From the sequence record PZ154895.1: a stretch of DNA of 64,000 nucleotides; one strand, written 5' to 3'. The notes beneath the pieces are model-generated. The model saw only the letters and a list, made by a program, of their open reading frames with translations, was not told the DNA's origin and searched no databases. Positions 57,556 to 64,000 of this stretch are shown in pieces (positions within the stretch are counted from its first letter, which is position 1; each line of letters begins with the position of its first letter). This stretch comes from a phage. A program made the position numbers and the translations under genes.

Positions 57556-58296
57556 ATGATTAACGATTATATGACAGTTGAAGAAATCCGTCTTGATTTG
57601 GGTCTTGCATTAAAGGAAAAAGATTTCGTAATTGATAAAACCGGTGTTAAAACTATTGAAATTATTGGTGCATCATTTGTAGCAGATGAACCTTTTATTT
57701 TTGGCGCTCTTAATGATGAATACATTCAACGTGAACTTGAATGGTATAAGTCTCAAAGTCTGTTTGTTAAAGATATTCCAGGTGAAACGCCGAAGATTTG
57801 GCAGCAGGTAGCATCTTCTAAAGGCGAAATTAACTCGAATTATGGTTGGGCCATCTGGTCAGAAGATAACTATGCCCAGTATGATATGTGTTTAGCTGAA
57901 CTTGGTCAAAATCCTGATTCTCGACGCGGTATCATGATTTATACTCGTCCATCCATGCAGTTTGACTACAATAAAGATGGTATGTCAGATTTCATGTGTA
58001 CGAATACAGTACAGTACCTGATTCGTGATAAGAAAGTCAATGCAGTAGTAAGCATGCGTTCAAATGACGTAGTCTTCGGATTCCGTAATGATTATGCGTG
58101 GCAAAAATACGTACTAGATAAATTAGTATCTGATTTGAATGCAGGTGATTCAACTCGTCAGTATAAAGCAGGTTCCATTATATGGAATGTCGGGAGCCTT
58201 CATGTGTATTCCCGTCATTTTTATTTGGTTGACCATTGGTGGAAAACTGGCGAAACTCATATTGCGAAAAAAGATTATAACGGTGAGTGGAAATGA
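57556..58296 (+). CDS. 42: dCMP hydroxymethylase gp42
   Basis: 246 aa thymidylate-synthase-like fold signature, synteny. Confidence 0.9.
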   Translation: MINDYMTVEEIRLDLGLALKEKDFVIDKTGVKTIEIIGASFVADEPFIFGALNDEYIQRELEWYKSQSLFVKDIPGETPKIWQQVASSKGEINSNYGWAIWSEDNYAQYDMCLAELGQNPDSRRGIMIYTRPSMQFDYNKDGMSDFMCTNTVQYLIRDKKVNAVVSMRSNDVVFGFRNDYAWQKYVLDKLVSDLNAGDSTRQYKAGSIIWNVGSLHVYSRHFYLVDHWWKTGETHIAKKDYNGEWK

Positions 58297-59135
58297 TTCA
58301 ATTCGTAATTCCAAGCTATCAACGCGGAGGGGCAGTTTCTGCCCTTGATATGTTTCCGACTGATTATGAACCTCATATTGTAGTACGTGAACACGAAGAA
58401 AAAGCTTATTATGACGCTTACGGGTCTAGAGCTAAAATTATAACTATTCCTGATGATGTTAATGGAATTGCTGGTACTCGTAAAGCAATTACTGATATGT
58501 ATGCAGGTCAACGAATCTGGATGATTGATGATGATACTACTATTCGTATGAGTTCAATGCGAAAGAAAGATGATCGTCGCTGTGTAGATAAAATTAATCA
58601 ATTAACTCGTGAACAGTTCTATGAATTGATTCAATACGTGGAAGATGCCATGGATTGCGGGTATTATCACGGCCATGCTCGTCTACCTATTTTTAAAATT
58701 ACTTCATCTTGGGGTAATTATCGTGAAAATTCATACGGATTCACGAATACCTGGTATGATTTAGGAAAACTTACAACAGAACAAATTGGGTATGGAAAAA
58801 TTGATTTATGCGAAGATATGTATGCATTTCTCAATTTAATTAATCAAGGTTATCCGCATTTGGCCTTGTTCAAATATCTAGTTGTATCTGGAAAAGCGCA
58901 AGCTCCTGGCGGATGTAGTTCAATTCGTAGTAATTCAAAACATAATAGAGCTCTTGAGCAAATCAATAGAGAGTTTCCAGAGCAAGCTCGTTGGAAAACT
59001 TCTAATATTGAAAAACGAAAATCGTTGGGTGAAGAAGACGAGCCATTAAAGGTTCTTCGCATGTGTGTTTCGCGCAAAGAAAAGTCAGAAGCATTTCATA
59101 AGTTTAATGCTATTCATCCAATAGCAGTTGATTAA
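58287..59135 (+). CDS. DxD glycosyltransferase at the position of T4 beta-gt (possibly beta-alpha-glucosyltransferase of T2/T6 type)
   Basis: 282 aa; DxD motif WMIDDDTT; shorter than T4 beta-gt (351 aa). Confidence 0.55.
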   Translation: MEMIQFVIPSYQRGGAVSALDMFPTDYEPHIVVREHEEKAYYDAYGSRAKIITIPDDVNGIAGTRKAITDMYAGQRIWMIDDDTTIRMSSMRKKDDRRCVDKINQLTREQFYELIQYVEDAMDCGYYHGHARLPIFKITSSWGNYRENSYGFTNTWYDLGKLTTEQIGYGKIDLCEDMYAFLNLINQGYPHLALFKYLVVSGKAQAPGGCSSIRSNSKHNRALEQINREFPEQARWKTSNIEKRKSLGEEDEPLKVLRMCVSRKEKSEAFHKFNAIHPIAVD

Positions 59136-59212
59136 TGCCTAAATTTATTGTGTTATAATTACCCTATCTTTAACCAGTGAGGAAAATATAATGATGCCTA
59201 TGGAAAAAATGA

Positions 59213-60394
59213 ATGTCTATTGCAGATTTAAAATCCCGTTTGATTAAAGCTTCCACTTCTAAAATGACTGCTGAACTGACTACATCTAAATTCTTTAATG
59301 AAAAGGATGTAATCCGTACAAAAATCCCAATGCTTAATATCGCTATTTCCGGTGCGATTGATGGTGGAATGCAGTCTGGTTTAACCATTTTTGCAGGTCC
59401 TTCTAAACACTTTAAATCAAATATGTCTTTGACTATGGTTGCGGCGTATTTGAACAAATATCCTGATGCGGTTTGTTTATTCTATGATAGCGAATTTGGT
59501 ATTACTCCAGCTTATTTGCGATCCATGGGAGTTGACCCGGAACGAGTAATTCATACACCAATTCAGTCAGTTGAACAGCTGAAAATTGATATGGTGAATC
59601 AGCTTGAAGCTATTGAGCGCGGTGAAAAGGTTATTGTATTCATCGACTCAATCGGTAATATGGCTTCTAAGAAAGAAACGGAAGATGCCTTGAATGAAAA
59701 ATCTGTGGCAGATATGACTCGTGCTAAATCACTGAAGTCATTATTCCGTATTGTTACTCCTTATTTTAGTATCAAAAACATTCCATGTGTTGCGGTTAAC
59801 CATACAATTGAAACAATTGAAATGTTTAGTAAAACCGTGATGACAGGTGGTACAGGCGTAATGTATTCGGCTGATACTGTATTCATTATCGGTAAGCGTC
59901 AGATTAAAGATGGTTCTGATCTTCAGGGGTATCAATTTGTTCTAAATGTAGAAAAATCTCGTACCGTCAAAGAAAAAAGTAAATTCTTTATTGATGTTAA
60001 ATTTGACGGTGGTATCGATCCTTATTCTGGATTGTTAGATATGGCTCTTGAATTAGGATTTGTAGTAAAACCTAAAAATGGCTGGTATGCTCGTGAATTT
60101 CTTGATGAAGAAACCGGCGAGATGATTCGCGAAGAAAAATCTTGGCGCGCAAAAGATACCAACTGTACTACATTCTGGGGTCCTTTATTTAAGCATCAAC
60201 CATTCCGAGATGCTATTAAACGCGCTTATCAGTTGGGTGCTATTGATAGTAATGAAATTGTTGAAGCTGAAGTTGATGAATTAATTAACTCAAAGGTTGA
60301 AAAATTTAAATCTCCAGAAAGTAAAAGTAAATCAGCAGCTGATTTAGAAACTGACCTAGATCAGTTAAGTGATATGGAAGAATTTAATGAATAA
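59213..60394 (+). CDS. uvsX: recombinase UvsX (RecA-like)
   Basis: 393 aa beginning MSIADLKSRLIKASTSK; Walker A GPSKHFKS; near-identical to T4 UvsX as recalled. Confidence 0.95.
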   Translation: MSIADLKSRLIKASTSKMTAELTTSKFFNEKDVIRTKIPMLNIAISGAIDGGMQSGLTIFAGPSKHFKSNMSLTMVAAYLNKYPDAVCLFYDSEFGITPAYLRSMGVDPERVIHTPIQSVEQLKIDMVNQLEAIERGEKVIVFIDSIGNMASKKETEDALNEKSVADMTRAKSLKSLFRIVTPYFSIKNIPCVAVNHTIETIEMFSKTVMTGGTGVMYSADTVFIIGKRQIKDGSDLQGYQFVLNVEKSRTVKEKSKFFIDVKFDGGIDPYSGLLDMALELGFVVKPKNGWYAREFLDEETGEMIREEKSWRAKDTNCTTFWGPLFKHQPFRDAIKRAYQLGAIDSNEIVEAEVDELINSKVEKFKSPESKSKSAADLETDLDQLSDMEEFNE

Positions 60395-60731
60395 AGATGA
60401 TTTGGATTTAGATCTAGAAATTATCGACGAATCCCCCTCTTCGGAGGGGGAAGAAGAAAGAAAAGAACGTCTTTTTAATGAATCTCTTAAGATAATTAAA
60501 TCTGCCATGGAAAATGTTATCCAGGAGATTGTCATTAAACTAGAAGACGGTTCTACACACATTGTGTATGTGACAAAATTAGATTGGGTTGATGGAAAAG
60601 TCGTAATGGACTTTGCTGTTCTTGACCAAGAAAGAAAAGCTGAGTTAGCTCCTCATGTAGAAAAATGTATTACAATGCAACTACAAGATGCATTTAATAA
60701 AAGGTCAAAGAAAAAATTTAAATTCTTTTAA
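60387..60731 (+). CDS. 40: gp40-like protein (start uncertain, 60369 alternative)
   Basis: acidic ORF between uvsX and 41. Confidence 0.6.
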   Translation: MNKDDLDLDLEIIDESPSSEGEEERKERLFNESLKIIKSAMENVIQEIVIKLEDGSTHIVYVTKLDWVDGKVVMDFAVLDQERKAELAPHVEKCITMQLQDAFNKRSKKKFKFF

Positions 60732-60740
60732 GGAGTAAGT

Positions 60741-62168
60741 GTGGTAGAAATTATTCTTTCTCATCTCATATTTGATCAAGCTTATTTTTCAAAAGTTTGG
60801 CCATATATGGATTCAGAATATTTTGAAAGTGGTCCAGCTAAAAATACATTCAAATTAATTAAATCTCATGTTAATGAATACCATAGCGTTCCATCTATTA
60901 ATGCGTTAAATGTTGCATTAGAAAATAGTTCATTTACTGAAACAGAATATTCTGGTGTAAAAACACTTATTTCAAAACTGGCCGATTCTCCGGAAGACCA
61001 TAGCTGGTTAGTAAAAGAAACAGAAAAATATATTCAGCAAAGGGCGATGTTTAACGCCACATCTAAAATAATTGAAATTCAAACTAATGCTGAGCTTCCT
61101 CCGGAAAAACGAAATAAGAAAATGCCAGATGTAGGTGCTATTCCTGACATCATGCGCCAAGCATTATCAATTTCATTTGATAGCTACGTTGGTCATGATT
61201 GGATGGATGACTACGAAGCACGTTGGCTATCTTATATGAATAAAGCTCGTAAGGTTCCATTTAAACTCAAAATTCTAAATAAAATTACTAAAGGCGGAGC
61301 TGAGACTGGAACACTGAACGTTTTAATGGCTGGTGTTAACGTTGGTAAGTCATTAGGATTGTGTTCATTGGCAGCAGATTATTTGCAGCTCGGACACAAT
61401 GTTCTTTACATTTCCATGGAAATGGCAGAAGAAGTCTGCGCTAAGCGTATTGACGCTAACATGCTCGATGTTTCTCTTGATGACATTGATGATGGGCATA
61501 TTTCTTACGCTGAATATAAAGGAAAAATGGAAAAATGGCGTGAGAAATCTACTCTTGGACGTTTAATCGTTAAACAGTATCCTACTGGTGGAGCAGACGC
61601 TAATACATTTCGGTCGCTTTTAAATGAATTAAAGCTCAAGAAGAATTTTGTTCCAACAATCATTATTGTTGACTATCTGGGTATTTGTAAATCTTGCCGC
61701 ATTAGAGTTTATTCAGAAAATAGTTACACAACTGTTAAAGCCATCGCAGAAGAATTGCGTGCTCTGGCTGTTGAAACCGAAACTGTTCTTTGGACTGCAG
61801 CACAGGTTGGTAAGCAAGCTTGGGATTCTTCTGATGTTAACATGAGCGATATTGCAGAATCTGCCGGTCTTCCAGCAACAGCCGATTTTATGCTTGCGGT
61901 CATTGAAACCGAGGAGTTAGCAGCTGCTGAACAACAACTCATTAAGCAAATCAAATCACGATACGGTGATAAGAATAAATGGAATAAGTTTTTGATGGGT
62001 GTTCAAAAAGGAAATCAGAAATGGGTAGAAATTGAACAAGATTCTACTCCAACTGAAGTGAACGAAGTAGCAGGTTCACAGCAGATTCAGGCTGAACAGA
62101 ATCGCTATCAAAGAAACGAATCCGCTCGAGCTCAGTTAGATGCTTTGGCAAATGAATTAAAATTTTAG
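60741..62168 (+). CDS. 41: replicative DNA helicase gp41
   Basis: 475 aa, GTG start, beginning MVEIILSHLIFDQAYFSKVWPYMD; Walker A GVNVGKS; matches T4 gp41 as recalled. Confidence 0.95.
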   Translation: MVEIILSHLIFDQAYFSKVWPYMDSEYFESGPAKNTFKLIKSHVNEYHSVPSINALNVALENSSFTETEYSGVKTLISKLADSPEDHSWLVKETEKYIQQRAMFNATSKIIEIQTNAELPPEKRNKKMPDVGAIPDIMRQALSISFDSYVGHDWMDDYEARWLSYMNKARKVPFKLKILNKITKGGAETGTLNVLMAGVNVGKSLGLCSLAADYLQLGHNVLYISMEMAEEVCAKRIDANMLDVSLDDIDDGHISYAEYKGKMEKWREKSTLGRLIVKQYPTGGADANTFRSLLNELKLKKNFVPTIIIVDYLGICKSCRIRVYSENSYTTVKAIAEELRALAVETETVLWTAAQVGKQAWDSSDVNMSDIAESAGLPATADFMLAVIETEELAAAEQQLIKQIKSRYGDKNKWNKFLMGVQKGNQKWVEIEQDSTPTEVNEVAGSQQIQAEQNRYQRNESARAQLDALANELKF

Positions 62169-62207
62169 TTTACAAGCCGACAAGACTATGGTATAGTAGT
62201 CTTGTTG
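62169..62207 (+). promoter_or_regulatory. early promoter with stem-loop (PeSL-like) upstream of dmd
   Basis: -35 GTTTACA, -10 TATAGT at 62193-62198; inverted repeat acaagact/agtcttgt. Confidence 0.55.
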
Positions 62208-62226
62208 GTTAAATGAGGAGATTTTT

Positions 62227-62409
62227 ATGGAATTGGTAAAGGTAGTTTTTATGGGGTGGTTTAAGAATGAAAGCATGTTTACTAAAGAAATCACAATGAT
62301 GAAAGATGACGTTCAATGGGCTACTACTCAATATGCTGAAGTTAATAAAGCGCTAGTTAAAGCTTTCATTGATGACAAGAAAGTATGCGAAGTGGATTGC
62401 CGAGGATAA
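62227..62409 (+). CDS. dmd: Dmd-like antitoxin (inhibitor of RnlA/LsoA)
   Basis: 60 aa ORF immediately downstream of gene 41 beginning MELVKVVFMGW; length and position match T4 Dmd. Confidence 0.7.
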   Translation: MELVKVVFMGWFKNESMFTKEITMMKDDVQWATTQYAEVNKALVKAFIDDKKVCEVDCRG

Positions 62410-62410
62410 T

Positions 62411-62668
62411 ATGCATATTGTTTTATTTAAACCTACTCCGTATAACGTCAGGAAAAATACTCAATTCAAAGCACTTATCGCAGATACGTGGGAATTGGTA
62501 TTAGATATTCCAGCAGAAGAAAGCCCTCCATTTGGTCGAGTGGAATTTATTAAGTTTGCTGTGCGCCCTACGAAGCGACAGATTCGTCAATGCAAAAGAT
62601 ACTTTCGTAAAATCGTCAAGTTAGAGAAACAGTTTGTAACATGTGATTATACAGAAGTTTTAAAATAG
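62411..62668 (+). CDS. hypothetical protein
   Basis: 85 aa from ATG 62411 with SD GAGGA. Confidence 0.45.
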   Translation: MHIVLFKPTPYNVRKNTQFKALIADTWELVLDIPAEESPPFGRVEFIKFAVRPTKRQIRQCKRYFRKIVKLEKQFVTCDYTEVLK

Positions 62669-62670
62669 TA

Positions 62671-62713
62671 GTTTACAAGCTGATAGAGTTGTGTTATAGT
62701 AATTCTATCAGCT
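62671..62713 (+). promoter_or_regulatory. early promoter with stem-loop (PeSL-like)
   Basis: -35 GTTTACA at 62671-62677, -10 TATAGT at 62695-62700; 10-bp inverted repeat agctgataga/tctatcagct. Confidence 0.55.
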
Positions 62714-62731
62714 AATCGCGGAGAAAAGAAA

Positions 62732-62986
62732 ATGATGCTAGTTAATAGAGAATATCAGTTTAAATCAGAAGAAGATTTGGAAAAATTCGCGAGTGGTTGT
62801 GAACTGAATAGACGCACAGCTAAAGTCATAGGATTAAAACCCTTTACAGTTCTAGATTGTGAAGTTTCTAAATTCCGCAGAGGGTGTTCTATTAGCAGTC
62901 ATGCTCTGGTTGATGGGAACACATTTTTCTTTGTTTTTAGCGTCAGAGAACTTTTATTGATTAACGAACTTGAGGAAATAAAATAG
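62732..62986 (+). CDS. hypothetical protein
   Basis: 84 aa; early promoter upstream. Confidence 0.45.
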   Translation: MMLVNREYQFKSEEDLEKFASGCELNRRTAKVIGLKPFTVLDCEVSKFRRGCSISSHALVDGNTFFFVFSVRELLLINELEEIK

Positions 62987-63050
62987 TTTACTTTTGTTTT
63001 AAACATGTTATTATAGACCTATCAAAACAAACGAGTAAATGGAGAATAAA

Positions 63051-63230
63051 ATGTCTAAAGTATCAGGTTATCAATTATTAACACAAGAACAACGTTCAGA
63101 GATGGATTCTTTACAAGAACGGTGTCAGCATAGAAATAACGCACTTGATTCATTTTTATTAATTGAATATGAAAACTTGTGCTCTAGACTTGAAAAAGAA
63201 TATGTTCATCAACATGGAGGAGAAGAATGA
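63051..63230 (+). CDS. hypothetical small protein
   Basis: 59 aa from ATG 63051 with SD GGAG. Confidence 0.4.
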   Translation: MSKVSGYQLLTQEQRSEMDSLQERCQHRNNALDSFLLIEYENLCSRLEKEYVHQHGGEE

Positions 63231-63333
63231 AACTGAAATCACCAATTATTGTAATTTGTCTGTTTGCTTCTACTAGTGTTTACTTTTGTTGAAAATTGAG
63301 ATACTATAAACATAAACTACTGAGGAGATTATC

Positions 63334-63627
63334 ATGAAAAAATTTATCTTTGCTGCAATTTTTGCTTTATCTTCTTGCGCTGCTCAGCCTACTATGGCAG
63401 GCTATGATAAAGATTTGTGTGAGTGGTCTATGACTGCAGATCAGACTGAAGTTGAAACTCAAATTGAAGCCGATATTATGAATATCGTTGAGCGTGATCG
63501 TCCTGAAATGAAAGCTGAAGTGCAAAAACAACTTAAGTCTGGTGGTGTAATGCAGTATAATTATGTTCTGTATTGCGATAAAAACTTTAATAATAAAAAT
63601 ATCATCGCTGAAGTGGTAGGTGAGTAA
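63334..63627 (+). CDS. lipoprotein
   Basis: 97 aa; signal peptide with lipobox LSSC. Confidence 0.55.
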   Translation: MKKFIFAAIFALSSCAAQPTMAGYDKDLCEWSMTADQTEVETQIEADIMNIVERDRPEMKAEVQKQLKSGGVMQYNYVLYCDKNFNNKNIIAEVVGE

Positions 63628-63639
63628 ATAGAGGTTAGT

Positions 63640-63996
63640 ATGTATAGTTCTGAATTTTCATATTTAAAAATGGAAAAAATTTCATACGATTTCATAGATG
63701 AAAAGATTTATTACAGTTTCCATGAACCACGTTTTAATAGTGAAGTTGGGTTTATTGTAGTAAAAGACAATTTCATTTTAAAAATATATTCGGCATTAAA
63801 GGATTTTCACTACGAAAATATTAACCTAAAATTTGATAAAGAAAACGTTCGTAATTGCGCAGTAACAATTACAGGAAATAAAGGTACATGCGTTATGCTA
63901 TCTGATGAAATTAATGATTTGTTAAATGATGCCGAAAAGGTTGCTATTCCATCGATTGATGACCAAATTTTTAATGCTTTTATGAATAGAGGTTAA
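63640..63996 (+). CDS. hypothetical protein
   Basis: 118 aa ORF. Confidence 0.45.
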   Translation: MYSSEFSYLKMEKISYDFIDEKIYYSFHEPRFNSEVGFIVVKDNFILKIYSALKDFHYENINLKFDKENVRNCAVTITGNKGTCVMLSDEINDLLNDAEKVAIPSIDDQIFNAFMNRG

Positions 63997-64000
63997 TATG

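Noticed and set aside
59191-59247. 18-codon ORF (MMPMEKMNVYCRFKIPFD) with strong SD just upstream of uvsX, out of frame
   Set aside because: Too short to call; it may be a leader feature, and the uvsX start at 59213 is supported by homology.

Overview
This 64 kb window is a contiguous segment of a T4-like (T-even, Tequatrovirus-type) phage genome. It is collinear with phage T4 from baseplate gene 7 through genes 6/5/53 on the minus strand, then on the plus strand 4-2-3-1-57A-57B, a tRNA cluster, nudE, e (lysozyme), denV, regB, vs, tk, rI, nrdC, 49, nrdD, nrdG, 55, a-gt, 47, 46, rpbA, 45, 44, 62, regA, 43, imm, 42, uvsX, 41 and dmd. Many proteins are recognisable from memory as near-identical to T4 proteins (lysozyme, endonuclease V, endonuclease VII, RegB, NrdC, gp55, a-gt, gp44, gp41, UvsX), but no database search was possible. 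Differences from T4 as I recall it: a contiguous 605 aa nrdD with no intron, a 282 aa DxD glycosyltransferase where T4 has beta-gt, an HNH endonuclease between 46 and 45.2, a GIY-YIG endonuclease between a-gt and 47, and a different tRNA set. The conserved genes are separated by accessory blocks of small early genes driven by T4-type early promoters (GTTTAC-N17-TAtaAT), many embedded in inverted repeats and repeated almost verbatim at several loci. The most interesting uncharacterised content lies between rI and nrdC (about 25.3-35.2 kb): a Pol-beta-type nucleotidyltransferase-like protein, an AAA+ ATPase, a paralog pair sharing a C-terminal motif, and a tandem array of four 300-350 aa proteins that each end in a coiled coil. 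These may be orthologs of T4's uncharacterised nrdC.1-nrdC.11 ORFs, so any novelty is functional rather than in their existence. Other notable items are capsid-targeting-sequence internal-protein paralogs, a triplet of membrane proteins upstream of nudE, and a structured noncoding region after tRNA-Arg. No CRISPR array, integrase or transposase was seen.
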